Source: Balanoglossus misakiensis | Lineage: Eukaryota > Animalia > Hemichordata | Direction: 5' to 3' | Assembly: GCA_040954595.2 (NCBI GenBank) | Contig: CM082581.2 | Location: 3,650,699-3,714,698 of the forward strand | Length of the DNA: 64,000 bases | Part shown: positions 14,601 through 29,300 of the stretch, in pieces | Layout: each line of letters starts with the position of its first letter | How positions within the stretch are numbered: position 1 is the first letter of the stretch | The notes under the pieces: model-generated | The model's database searches: none | What the model saw: the letters and a program-made list of their open reading frames with translations, nothing else | What the model was told of the DNA's origin: nothing | Position numbers and translations under genes: made by a program

Positions 14601-17308
14601 CTTTCTTGACTAAGAACACGTTCTGCCACTAGAAGATGGGGAATTGAGAATATTGAAAGTAACGAGGAGAAAAAAAATTAAATTCTATATGTATAAAGAG
14701 GACAAAAGATTTCCAAGTGATAAGTAGGGCCAGTGAGGATATTAATCAATTTACATACCGTACAAAAGACATGTGTCACCAATCACACAATGCTGCCATG
14801 GCAACAACAAGCATTATCGAAGGTGAGGTGGTAAATTAAGGCATGCACTTGCATGGGTTTTGGGTGTATACAGTGGCATTTTAACAGGTGAAATTATATA
14901 AGTAAATCTTACCTTCTGGGCTTTCATAAGTAATGATAAAGGTTTCATCATCTTTCATTTCATATTCTGCAAGTGGTCCTCCACCAGACTTTTTCTTGCT
15001 CTCAAAATACATCTCCAAAGCTTCTTCAGAGGTTCCTTTCTTAAATCCGGTGACTTCCAATTTACAGGGATCAAGCTGAATGGTATCTAAGGATGAAACA
15101 TAAATTGCACTGAAGCAATTCTGAGCACAATAACAATACGGCATATTTAGACTGTCAAACACATGAGAACTGCGTTTTGACATTGATGGTCAAGATATGC
15201 ATGGTCACATATAACTCACATGAACAATGAGTTGAATTGGTGTTGATGACCATGATGTTTTGTGACCATATTGTGATCATCAGTGAAAAGACTTAAAACA
15301 CTTTACGGTACAATCACATGATACGTCATGCACAGTTGTCATTATTAGAACATGCATCTGATCAGAGTCACATTCTTTGATCACAGGTAAACAATGTACA
15401 GTAGCTACCACATTGCAACAATCAATGAAAAGCACAGACAATATTTGTATCACTGACCATCTGTATCAGAAATCTTTGGCTGTCTCACTGTTAGCTTGAC
15501 ACCATCCAAGACATGATCACGACCCAGAACTCTTTCCGTGACTGAAACGAGAACCAACATGATCGCAAAATGTAACTTCAGAATACAATGGTCTACATTT
15601 GTATATGAGTTGTGTGTGATTTGCCTATAGACATAACATCAGAATGACAAAGTTCCAAGTAACACTTTTGCTCTATTTTGGTAACAGCAACTTTCACTTT
15701 TAAAACTGAATTGCGTGAACTCAAAAATTTATTTATAGTCACTGTTGATGATGTAGTTCCCACTAGAGCACAAAATGTGCACAGAAATCAGGCATGTCTA
15801 AAGCCTTAACCAAATGGACGCTAGATCATATTGTCCTTTTTGTGTGTGAATGAGATTGGTTGGGGCATCATGTCATACACATGCACACAAGAACTCCAGA
15901 CAGACAAGTACATGCACAAATGAACTCTGACTGATGTGCTCGGCACCTTTAACCATCCATGCACGCACTCACCAAAAAATAATCCAAACATCATCACTGA
16001 TTAATAACTTACCTTCCAGATTCTCAAAAGTCACAACAAAAGTTGTTTCATCTTTCATCTCATAGTTTACAAGAGGACCACCACCAGATTTTTTTGTACT
16101 CTCAAAGTACATTTCTAACATTTCATAAGACGTTCCTTCCTTGAATCCAGTGACTTCCAGCATACAGGGATTTACTGATGAGGTGTCTGTCGACATGTCA
16201 ATGTCATACAGAGATAAAACACACTTTATTCAATATTCAATTGTCCAATCTTGTAAGTTGATTACATTTGAACAGTAAAGTTCACTATAGAAAGTACCAG
16301 GTATTGTTACTCACATATATCTTCATCAAACAATTGGTACTGACTTTCTTCCTTTGTTGGTATAAACCACTTCACTGTCAGTTGGTTGCCATCAAAAACA
16401 TGGTTTCCACGATCGATAACACGTTCTGCGACTACAATAAATAACACATTCTCTGTATGTCACATATATGTCAGACCACCAATATTCCATTTTTTGTTGT
16501 TTTTTATTTAATATCTGATCAGAGGCTGACAATGATTTATCATTCCAAAACTGAATCCACACTTTCATTTTCCCCCCAGCTTAAACTAGATAATCACATA
16601 AGGCACAGCCATTGTAACTATCTTCATCCTAGTATTAATTTTTCTTAGGAACTGTACATGGGGTCAAAACTTGCAGCCAGACATGGTATAAACTTATAGT
16701 ATCAGGTATACAATTTCTTGCATTGTTTGAAAAATATTGTCCATTACCTTCTGCACTCTCAAATGTAACAATGAGAGTGGTATCATCTTTCATCTGACAA
16801 TCGACTACAGTATCACCACCAGATTTTTTTGTACTCTCAAAGTACATTTCCAACATTTCCTGTGATGTTCCTTTCTTGAATCCAGTGACTTCCACTGTAC
16901 AATCATCAGTCACGGAATCTGTGGAAAATGAATAAGAATATGAAAGATGAATATAATGGGCTTTAGCTCTGTAGTCCTGTTTATGTACCATTTTCACCCC
17001 TAACAATGATTGTATAGCAAGAGAGACAATATTTAATCTTTAAAAGTGTTTGCAAGTACATAAACATCTATCCTTGAGACAATGTCTCAAATCACTTAAT
17101 ATGTACTTCTACATTTAACCATAAATTACACTATTCTTATAAAAAAAATGAGAGCTGCTGAACTTATATGTACCTTTACACAATACATTGAACTTGTCAC
17201 TAAAAAGACATTTGAACACAATGTGCTTTCGGTTCAATACATACCACCATCATGGACTGCTTGATCTTGCTCTTCCTCTTTTACAGGTTTGTACCACAAT
17301 ACAGTTAA

Positions 17309-17721
17309 GGATGTACGTTCAGTAAAATTGAAAGTATTGTCATTTTTTTTAATTGTGGATTTTTGGATTCTCCTTTGTATGTATAATTAAAATCCGTAAT
17401 AAAATATAGGGGTCACCGCGCTTGTTTTTGAAATACAGAGCCATGAATTTTGTCGATAATAGAAGAAATCTGCTGACTCAGCATTTTTCGCCAATGGTTT
17501 GTCTATGGGCAAATTTTTTAACGCAATTTATCTCAAAATAGAGCGCGGTGACCCCTATATTTTATTTGACCAATGAATTTATATTTGCTGGACTGGGCTA
17601 TGTGTAAAATTTCGTGAAAATGACAATAGTAGAAGTTTGTTTTCTAGCGATTATCAATGTAATCCTATGGGAAAAAGACAAGTGCGCACAGTTTGCCTGT
17701 TTATGTTCTGCGCGTACATCC
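17309..17721. mobile_element. Non-autonomous TTAA-targeting DNA transposon (Kolobok-like MITE) inserted in a coding exon of copy A
   Basis: TTAA|GGATGTACG ... CGTACATCC|TTAA, with an internal inverted repeat (aataaaatataggggtcaccgcgct / agcgcggtgacccctatattttatt). Absent from the homologous exon 36300-36410. Confidence 0.85.
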
Positions 17722-20353
17722 TTAAAGGGGAACCTTGTAACACATGATTTCCATGATTAATAACCCGCTCTGCAACTGAAATGAACAAGGTCCAATGTAA
17801 AATTAAGTGCAGGAAGTTTGTGTGTGCTGGTACAAGAACCTTGCTACATTTGCATCATGACGCCCCCTGAACTTTTCTACATAGCCGGGTCGAAAGGGAT
17901 AACTTACAAAGACTCAAGTTTCTACTGCTTAAAGCTAAACTCCAATTTCAATGCAACAAATGTTTGGAATCATGGTGTATTTCATGAAATACTGGCAAAT
18001 AATGCAAATTGTGGAGTATTTCAAAATTGAAGTTCGGGAGAGGTTATTTAAGTTGACAATGTGCTTTTTAATATTTTCCCCATCATTAATATCATATTTA
18101 AATTTTTCTAAAATATTAGAGTCACAGTATTAACTGGCAGAAAAACTCAAGAACAATGAATAAACTTGTTTTTGATATGGTCAAGTTTCTGACAGAATGT
18201 GCATCATGCATTTTATAAATATTTTTCCATACATGTATAACTTAAATGTATGGGTCATTGTTGCATTGCGAAAAAATGTATCTTATATACCTTCTGCTGT
18301 CTCAAATGTAACAATGACATATCCAATGCAATATGCTGAATGTCGCTGACATTTTAAAATGTTTTAACCGAAAGAGTACTTTTAAAATACATGATTTTAT
18401 TCATTTGGCAAATGAGCAAATTGATATACATATAGTTGATCATTACATGTTTAGCAGGAGGTATCATAGACAATACACAGAAGGAAACTGCAAACCAAAC
18501 CCCACTATAGAAATGCACAGTGACTGTATAATATAGAAAGGCTGAATTTTGCTAACACTTTTTTACCGCATGATAAATCATGCACTGTGACCATGCACTG
18601 ATCAAGACACTAACATGATCCCACCAAGCTCAAACTAAGAGTCCCAAGATATGATTAACTTTCATGCTATACTTGTTTGCAAACTCAATCCCTTACAATG
18701 ATTGTCAATTCTTGATAATTTTCATATGCATATATTCCATACAAATAGCTGTCAAATTTATAATTACGGTACATATAGGAAGAATTCATTTTAAAACTCT
18801 ATGTCATTAAATGAAACAATTGTTCTAAAACTTCACATCAAGCTGCTAAGCCACTGATATAGCCAAAGTGTGATACATATTTTTGATACAAGAGGATGAT
18901 TAATGCAATTTAAAAATATCTTTGTCTTTATCGTTCAGGAATATTAGTGCAAATGTCATTGTGAGATATGCTACTGATTAAAAGTTCATGAGGATTTAAT
19001 AAAAGCAACCATCAGAAGTTAATGGACATTAGTTCATGTATGACAAATTTCAGGTACTGATCAATGAAAAATGGTGAAAAGATCAACACCTAAGTTTACA
19101 TCATCCCCAAGCTACCTAATACCAATGCTGAAGTGAAAGCTGTTATACAACAAAAATACAACTGAAAAAGGTTACCTGTGATAAATGGCCTGTAGCCACT
19201 AGAATTAGAGAAGCCATGGCTTGCATGCCTTAAAAATTACAATTACAATACAGAGCACATTTCATCATTGTCAGCAACACAAAGTTAAAATTGACAAATT
19301 GCACATAATAAGCATAAGCAATAAGGTAAAAATAAAAATCCCGTCAAGGACACAGTGGTCCCATTGAGGGATTACACAAGAAAAAGTCTACACCGGAGTA
19401 CATGGCCATATACAGACAGACAGACACACACACACATACATGTAGCGAGAGATCAATGGGCAAGCACTGACTGACCCATAAGCTGCCAAAAAGTCTACAC
19501 CGGAGTACATGGCCATATACAGACAGACACACACACACACACATAGCGAGAGATCAATCGGCAAACACTGACTGACCCATAAGCTGCCAATGGCATAACA
19601 GCTGGCCTCTTTAAAACTTAGCCAGTTATGTAATCATTCAGGAATTTGCTGTGTAAATCAATCACACCAGGAACTTCCTGCCTAATTAAAACAACTCAAT
19701 AAAAGTAAATACACACCACTTTGCAAAGTGATCTGACCAGTAGTTCTTGAGTTACTGAGTTTTGACCAAATTCACATTTTTCTAGCTAATTTGCATATTT
19801 TTGACAATGACAACTTCATTTGAACAAACTCCCATCTACAGCCCAGCCTGCATCTGCACACCAAATATCAAGGTGATACACGCAGCGGTTTTCAAGTTTT
19901 TGATGTGGACGGACATACATACATACATCCATCCACCCATACATACCGTACATACATACATACATACAACAGACGCAACCGATCCCATAAGGTCCCATGG
20001 TCTATACCATTGGGACCTAAAAACCGAAATGAAGTCAAGCATCACTCATTTTCGACATATAATTGAAAAATACAAGATCATGAATTTGAACAGCGAGACT
20101 GAGTTTTCATAATATATTGCTGATTATATAATCTGGTCATTAATTGTTCCTGGCTGGTTTTGTCTGCAGAACAATGAAACATGAATTCTCAATCAACATT
20201 ACCCACACTATAACATTTCAAACTGTTCCTGTTACTTTGGTTAATACGACAAGAGACACTACAATGTGATTGCATTACCTCAAATGGTGCGAATATTTTC
20301 AAGCTAACAAAATTTCTAAATACATGTAGCACCATGGAAGTACACTTTGTTAT

Positions 20354-23300
20354 TTATTGAAATACAATGAGATACTCTGGGTAAGCCATTGCATCATTGA
20401 AGACGACAAATATCGATGGATTTTGTACGTTGTCTGTGACACTGTCATAGCAGTCAGTCGGATCATTTGGATTCTTGGATGGTGGTACCAACATGGTCTG
20501 AGCCCCTCTTGCAAACTCTCCTGTCAGAACTTTTGCCTGGTACATATATTTCTTGCCACTACTATCTGGTGGTGTGTATGTTGAGCTTGATGAATAGCTA
20601 GCATTCACAGCAAAGTAGCTTCCTACTCCATAATATGTAGCTGTAATTGAAAAGATGGAAGAATACATAATTGTATGCACGTTATTTTCAGAATGCATGT
20701 AAAGAAAGTCAGCACATAAAAGGATGGTCTTAGACTGTCAACAGCCGCTCAATTGTGCCGTTGTGCATAATATATATTTGTCTAAATTAAGTTGCTTCCA
20801 TATATCACTAGGCACACATGACTGTTTAATAAAGGTATACGGTCACCTTAAATTTTGCAAATTTAGGTAAGATTACCACGGATAATTGAGAATCTAGCCA
20901 ATCACAGATTTTCAATGGGTGGCACGTACAGGAGAAAAAAAGAGTGCCACCACTTGTCCTTGGAACACTCAGATACGCCATTTTAGCCATATATTAGACT
21001 AGCCCACTATTCTCTTGGTGATTTTTAAATCTCAATACTTTTTGTGTTTTCGGTGGTTTTTTGTCTTAATAAATAATTGCAATACTTTTGCGTGCATGCT
21101 TGCCTTGAGCATGTTTTTGGTAATGAGGTGAGTTTCGAATTTGGGACTGAGCTTGTGGTTTCAGGTAGCGTCGACCAAGCCTACGCGTTCCCTACACATA
21201 ATGAAGCCCATAGACTTGGAGCAAGTCTATAGCCATATATGAGCATGGAGGTGACTGTATATACCTTTAAGCTCAACTGAAGAACTTACATGTACCATTG
21301 TAGTACAGCTCACAACCTGTCAATTACTATACTGTATCGGAGCCCTTTTACCCTGGTTCTTTGAGGGTGCAACTAGCAATTAAAGCATAGCAGTCATAAA
21401 TCACATGATCCACACAGAACTCGCCCATATTAGTGCCTAGCTGCATTGCTAATTTTAATAGATAAAAAAGGTGTGAGCAACTACTTACAGTGTAAGGATG
21501 GCCTTATCTCAACATTATGTAAACATCCTAGTACATTCAAATGATCACTTCGCCAACACTTATAATTTTCAAATTTGTAATATGAATCATTTACCATTTT
21601 TCCCTGCAAAACTCCTATTGAAGCCGCCAGCATTTATTTTTGAGACAGAATCAGCACTTGTGCCGTGGTACAGCCTCTTCTCATTCTGTGTTCCAGGTTT
21701 GTTTTTAACATCCAAATTTTGCTTCAGAACCTCATATTGGCGATAAAATCTTGGATTCTGAATGCGTTCAATCTACAATATGGACAACGATCCCTTTTTA
21801 TTACTACGGTATAACTTAAGTGTGAAAATATGATTCAAGTAGCATCAGTAAAATATGACCACCTGGTGAGCGTATGGATCCTTAACCAACATGGTTCAAA
21901 CTGGTTCTCACTCCCACAAACTTGGGACTTAAGCTTTAATTATCCAACATTGATCTTTTAATGTCATATCCCTACTGTATATGTGTATCACCATTGAAAT
22001 TGATGTATTAAGGCTTACCTTACAGATTTGCTTTAATGCGTAGGACTGCAGAGTCTGTCTGAAAGGTTTTGCAACAGCATCATATTCAGGGGACTTTTCA
22101 TCAAGGAGAACTGTCTTCACCTGTTCACTAGGTGCCATATTTGCCCAAATTTGTGGGAGATTGACACCACCTGAAAAGACATTTGGGATACATATACCTA
22201 CAATTAGACTATTTTATTTGCAACTGAAGGGACAATATAGTTTCCTGCTCTTGACATTAATTTGCGTCAAATGCTATGACTGTATCGGAGGTAAAACTGA
22301 CCTTCCTTCACCTGTCTTCGCACTTCCACTGCGGCAGAACCACCAAGGTCATCAAGGTCAATCTCTGTCATGCTTTTGAAATCTATCTTGTACCTTCCTC
22401 CTTCGATGTTCACCACTACATGCTGCTTCTTCTCATGATGAGCTTTTTCAATAAAGCCGGTAGTCAAAGGATCATACTCTTCCAGCTGCTCATTCTCGTT
22501 CAAGAACACCCACTTCACATTTTTGGCCATCAGCTTTGCCTCGCTTTCCAGTCTCTCCTCTGTGTGTATACGGTCAAGAAGAGTATTGGCCTTTTCTTGA
22601 ACTTGCATTACATCCCTTGGTCCACCTTGTATAAGTAGCCTACAAACTGAACCAGTGTCAACTTTTTCAACTTTCACCTAAATGAAAAAAAGAAGAAAAT
22701 ATATGTGACAGAGTAGGCCAAAATGAACTATTGTTGCCTAGGATCACCCGAGAATGCTGTCATTTATACATTTTGTCTATTCCATCATTCCACGTCATGT
22801 GTGTGTGCGCACACACACACACATACGGGTATTAGCCAAACAGTCTATGACCATTTATGATAAACATCTTTCACATTCTTTGAAATAGTCAATCAACTTC
22901 AAATACACATCTCACTGCAACATATACTGACATACAAACTAGATTTTCAGAATGAAATGAAAAGTTTCATACTTACGCTTAATGTTTCTGCAAAGTTTAC
23001 CAGACTAGCCATATCCTCGTCTGAGAGTTTTCTGACACTGTCTTTATCAATACACTATAATGTCAAAAAAGATAAAGAATAACAACTACATGTAGGTCTA
23101 TGGCATAATGAAGAGGGGCTGTGTTGACTTAAATGCATCATGGGCCACAAAAGTGTACACACATAAACCCTTTCACCACCATTTCTATGGTTGAACCTCT
23201 AAAGAGGGAACTGAAAGGGTTAAAATGTAATGTCAGATTTGCTCACCACATCTGAAGATTCACTTTCCATTGTTTTTTCAATGCTTTTTATTGCATTACC

Positions 23301-26300
23301 AATAGCTTGCTCAGATCCAGCATATATATCTAAGATAACCGTGTTCCACTGCTTTGGGGTAGCTCTGTCATCTTCTTTATCAGAAAATCCAAACACTTGC
23401 TTGACTGCCCCTAGAAATTGATGAAAAGAGAGCAAATAGTGGACTGCAGTTAATTATAAATATACTGAAGACAAATTAAATAATCAACTAAAGACATAAA
23501 TAATGAACTGTTTCATTTATGTCTAGCTGATACATTAATTTTGAAGACAAAGAAACATGTCCAAGGGCCAAACAGAAAAAAATAAGAAAAGATAGGAAGT
23601 TGCCATACACTTCTCTATAACTCTAACGCAATTGTTTCTTTGTCATTGTCATTGTGACTTGTCACCTGTACGACCATGAATAAATGGAATATCTGGTGTA
23701 GAATTAAAGACCACTTACCAAACATTTTACTAAATGTTCCACGTTCATCCTGTGTTTGTGGCTTTGCTATCAAATCAGTCATTGCATCCTGAAATACACT
23801 AACGATTTGCCGCTGAAAGATGGTGATTCTGATGAGTTTCAGATTATGTGGATGAACCTTCTGGAAGAAGTCACCAATTGCCTGAAATGTCTTGTTGGCA
23901 ACATCCTTTGAATCAATACCCAGTCCACCTGATGGATTACATAAATGTTAGTCCATAATTCATATTACGAGTAAAATATTAGGTGCGATCATAACTCAAT
24001 ATTCCAAAACTCAAAGGTTGAATATTACTGTTAAGTATTCACTATTACTGTAGAGTCCTTGTATTGTGGAATATTTCCACCTGAAATATGTGCATTTTCA
24101 AAAAAATTCTAAGTGAAGCTATAGTGTGTAATCAATGCCACAGCTAGCTCGCAGATTCTTAGATTAGGTTCACACTTTTCAAAGATTCCGATTTTTGGAT
24201 TTGAAGATAGTCTGCATGGGTTCAATTAAGATTAGGCTGGCGAGATACTAGCCTTGGACGACTCAAAGATACAATAGACACAATAGGATACCAAGGCTTG
24301 CCAGAAGAAGTGTTTGTTAAATCTGCTGATATCATTGATACATCACCATGGGTACATTATGTGGCAAGAAGCATACGGTACATGTACGGTATACCTGAGG
24401 AAATGCACAAATAAATTTAAAAAAAATTACTTTACCTGTACCAATGGCTGGCATGGCCAGTGACTTTATTCCCGATCGCTCTGCCAACTGTAAAATCTCC
24501 ATGATACTCTGGTCCAGGTTTTGTTGAGTTGCTGTTACCAGGTGAATGATTTTGCTACATCGTAGCTTTCCAGCTCCAGTTATAACAGCACTACCAGGGT
24601 TCTGTCTACCAAGTTGTCTACATTCATCCATGATAGTCCTGCCTCCAATTTTCAAAATAGCTTTGGAAACAGCGCCTTCACATTGATATAAATTAAAAAC
24701 GTGGCTTAAGTGGGCATCACATGCAAAAGTAGTTATTTATTAAACACGCACAGTGCAAAACTGGTACAAAATATCAAAACATGTAATTTATAGAACAGGA
24801 TACACAGGGCAGGTTTGATACATTGAACTGGTTTCTATATCTTACCCTGACTGAGATCCAGACGTTCATTTGTACTGTTGACAATGGCATCAGTGGTTTC
24901 CGTGGTAATGTCACCTGGTTGTACTTGCACACAAATATTCCCAATCATCATATGCCATTCATCTCTCCTCTTCTTTATATCAGTAAACAAATTTTGACCT
25001 GGAAAGAAAAGTTGATTAGAAAAGTATTCTGAACAATTACAATTCTGCTCATGTGACTTAATGACACACTTCAAATTATGCATGCTATACTATGAATACC
25101 AAAATTAATAATTATGGTAGATCTTGATATTAAATTCTACATCCAAACTAAGTCATTGTTTTAATAATATTGGATACTTACAGGGGGATCAATATGCTTC
25201 AGTGCATGTCAAAACGTTGCTGACAACTTTTATAAAGGAGTTAAATTTTGTGAGGGTCACAGCAAATGTATTTCAACTCATTCTCTCAACTGAGAAAACG
25301 GTTAGTGTACGTAATATAAAGTTATGCAAATGATTCCAGGGCAATACATGTCCTCAGAAATGCCTACCACCAGCAGAGCTGCTTGCATACTGTGCACCAG
25401 CTGTGTTCTGAGAAAGTGGCATCGATTGATGACCATGTCCCTTCCTCCGTGTGCCTGGAATCTTCTTACCACCATCGTTTTTCTGAGGCGTCACCGTTGG
25501 CTTTTTAGAGTGGCGTTTTCTGAGCACTTTCCCAGTGAGTCTCGTGATTTCATCTTCAAAGGCCTAAATATTGAATTCAGAAACATGGACAAAACGCTGG
25601 AATACTCTTACCAGAGGAGATCATTTGAGCGGCAAAATTCACTGTAAGTTTGCTGCAAATCTGCAGAAAGCTTATAGTGTGCAGGAAGGAGCTGCAGAAA
25701 TTTGCAGGTAAATAGGCTTCTGGCAAGTTTGCTGCAAAGTTGCTGCAAATTAGTAATTCGTGGCAAAGTTGCAGTTACATGTAATTGTTGCAAATTTGCA
25801 CTTGAGTTCCTACTTCATTCAAATTGAATAATTAGTTGAAATTAGGCCATATTACATACGGTATATTCCAAAACTCATAGGTCAAATAGCACATGTTACA
25901 TGGCCAATTGCAAATACTGACCCAAAACAACATATTGTTCCTAGGATTTTAGGGGTTTTCAGTTAAAGGGTAAGTAGGACAATAAAAAGTTCCTTAAAAG
26001 ACCCATATTTCTTGATGTTGGCATTTCTATAGAAATAAACAACAGTCCTTTTGTCAGCATGTGCACAGAACCGTTTGTTGGGAAACAAAAAGACTGTCTG
26101 TGCCCATGTATTGTATTGCATTTGACAGCTATTGTCTTTCACATTATCAGATTTTAATTACCTTAATGGTTTCATGATCTTGGTCGTACACCACAAATCT
26201 GATATCTGTCAGTTGACTTTGGGGTTTCTTAGAACTGAAACTCTTGGCCTCTTCATACATTATCTTAGCTGTAGTGTCCTTTGGATACTTCAGACCACCA

Positions 26301-29300
26301 GTACCAATGGCGGGAATAGCAATTGACTTCATCCCACACTGATCAGCCATATCAAAACATTTCTGCAAGATTCCTCTTAATATCTGTGAAAATAATTATG
26401 TTGTAAACACAGGGCTCAGAGGGTAACTCCTCTTTACTTAATAAAACTTGATTGCCTGCAAAATTTTGCTGAAGATTTGAAGAGTGTGACGTACAGCCTA
26501 CATGTACATTGTATTATGACACATTCAAAATATAAAAAAATATTATACCGCATTGTGAGACACATTTTATAATAACTGTGTACAATACACAAGACTTACC
26601 GGGTATTGTAAGTTCCTCCAAAAACTTTTCCACTATACATTATAATTTTTTAACATATTACATTGTATTTTTTTCCTATAAACTTTTTACATACTTGATT
26701 ACTAGTATTATATAATTACTGACATTCAGCCAATTACTTCAGTCATAAATACAAATCTTACTTTTTCTGCTTTTCCAGAACTGTCCCACTGACAACACAA
26801 GACATGGTAGACTTTTTTACACTTCAATTTTCCAGTTGCCGGTGTCACAATCACATCCCCTTCATTATTTGAAACCTCTGTCTTCTGGATGTCAACTTCT
26901 TGCTGAAGCTGTCTGCCAGCAACTTGTAGGATGGCTTTGGAAACAGCACCGGTATTCAAATCCAAGGTCGTTTGTGTTGTGTTTACGAGCACATCAACCT
27001 GTGTTCAAATATAGTACATGTCATGAAATTAGTCAAGTCAATTAACCTGCTCAAATACTCAACTTACATATACTTTTGCACTTCAAAAATATCCAAATTG
27101 ATATTTGGTAATGACATGATGTAAAATTAATACCTTCGATTTTGCAATGCTCCCTTTGATTAATTTTATGTTCTTGTTTTCAGCAGTTTTCACAACATAG
27201 GGGTCTTTAGTAGCTTGTACATTTGCACTGGAATCCTCCTCACTCTCTTCATCTGAAGACTTTGCTGCTCTGTGACTCCGTACCAGTTGCCAATCATCAT
27301 CATCATCTTAGTAGTAAAACATAAAACAACTTGACAACAGAGAAAAATGACAACATTTGTGTTACTGATAAGAGAAAGTGCATCTTGATTTTAAAGAGAT
27401 TTCAGTGTCATGGTCAATGTATATGGTCCACATGTAGTCTTTTAATTTTATAGAATTTTTCATTCATCAGATGAACAAATAAACCAATATTCTACAGTAT
27501 TGCTGACTGATATTACAACATTCAGTGTACAAATCAATCCACCAACCTTGTGCTGCTTCTTCACTGGTTACAACAACACTACCAGACCCATACAGCTCAA
27601 TCAATGAATCCTGGAATTGTTGACAAGTTGCATCACTATTGTCAACAAATCTGATCTCCATCAGGGACCTTGGTTTGCTGGATGAGCAATGACGGTGTAC
27701 TGCACCAATAATAGTCTTCACACACAAGTCCAATGGAAATCCAAGCCCACCAGAACCGATGGCAGGAATACCAATGGATGTATGGCCCAACTTCTCTGCT
27801 ATCTTCAGACTGTTGCAAACAGCATCAGTAAGCAAAAGCTCTTCTCTCCGCGGGCCTTGACCTTCCCAATTACTATACCGGTGTGTTGATCCATGCCACA
27901 TTGGAGCGACAGCATGAATAACGTTTTTACAGGGCAGATTACCAGGTCCTGTGACAGCAGCTTGGCCTTCAAACAACTTCCCACTTCTGCTGATCATTTG
28001 TTGGCATTCTCCTTGAAGGTCTGGACCACCTGAAAAATGAAATAATCAGATCATAAACTCTCAATTGTTCAACAGATCGTTTTACCGGTATATATAAGGT
28101 ATAATAGACAACATGGAAATTAGCAATAATAAAAATCTGTCCACTTTATTGTTATTCTTTCTAATGCAGTAGTGTACAACGTTACAAAACACAATTTATT
28201 TTGGAAGGTAAATTTCTTCTTCTGGAATACATATTACAATACTGTGATATACTGAAAATTTACCTGCATCTGCAATTGCTTTGGTTAGCCCACCACCTGA
28301 GGAGTCAAGTCTTGAATTAGCAGCATTAATGATGGCATCTACATGCATCTTTGTGAGATCGCCCTTGCCGACCACGATCCTCCTCCTATCCTGCATAATG
28401 TGATAACACAGAATGTGATATGTTGTGGGCTGGGGCACCAGAGTTCTGTTCTCAAAGCCTTCTTCGTTGAAATCACCAGTCCCTTTGTTGTCTTCATCTG
28501 ATGGGTCATTGACATCAATTTTACACTGGCACTGGTCTTCCACCATTCTCAGGTAAGATTTACCTTTCTCCTCTCTGAAGAGCTTGGCCATCCCTGGTTT
28601 GTCTACGGGATATGGACGTCTACACACACTGTCTGCCAGCTGTCTCAGTTGTTTGACGGCCATTTTAACATCATCTTCTGCTCCTTTGATTGTTACAAGG
28701 ACAGATGACCCCGTTGCTTGACTATGCAGTTGCAAAGGTAGTCTTTGGCCACCGTTTTCAATCCTGACCATGGCATCTGTCTTGTAGGCATCAATGTACT
28801 TCATTCGACCGCTTTCAATTTTCACTGACTCATCAACTTCAGTGTTCACCGCAATGTAGTCCTTCAGCTGAGCCAAAACAGTTTGGATCTCTGTCTGGAA
28901 TCCTATGATCAAAACTGTCTTCTTGTCTCCTTTTGGAATGTCTATTTTGGTCACGTGATCTTCTTGCAACTGTGTTACCAGTTTTTGCCATTCTTGTTTT
29001 TGAATGGCTGGTAAAGAGCGTGGTTGCAGTTGTATCTTCTCCTCCACTATGCTTCTTTGTATGATTTTACTAGCAGTAGCTAAGTCCTCCTGACTCATGG
29101 TGGACAAAACAATCCCATCATCCCCAACAAAGTAAATAGCTTGAATTCTGCTTTGTTTGAACATGTCGTAGATTCTTTGGCTGACACCTGGCAACTGTAA
29201 AAATTCCACATATGACTGGTTTGGTGGCTTGAAGCTCATTTTAGGCATTTTGCTCATGGTTTCGTACATGTCACATTTTGCAGCATTAACATCATTTGGC

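Larger units (their letters stand above)
983..18335 (-). pseudogene. PARP14: 5'-truncated tandem duplicate of the PARP14-like gene (copy A); 26 exons still apparently intact, one exon disrupted, no start or promoter
   Basis: Near-identical to copy B at an offset of ~19.36 kb. Exons from 16748-16918 down to 983-1269 keep splice sites and frame (e.g. 9467-11221, 8777-9259, 2932-3304, 2225-2402). Exon 17245-17775 is interrupted by a 413-bp TTAA-flanked insertion. Only the 3' end of the next exon survives (18291-~18325, VIVTFETAE). No equivalents of exons 1-3 are present. Pseudogene status is inferred, not proven. Confidence 0.75.
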
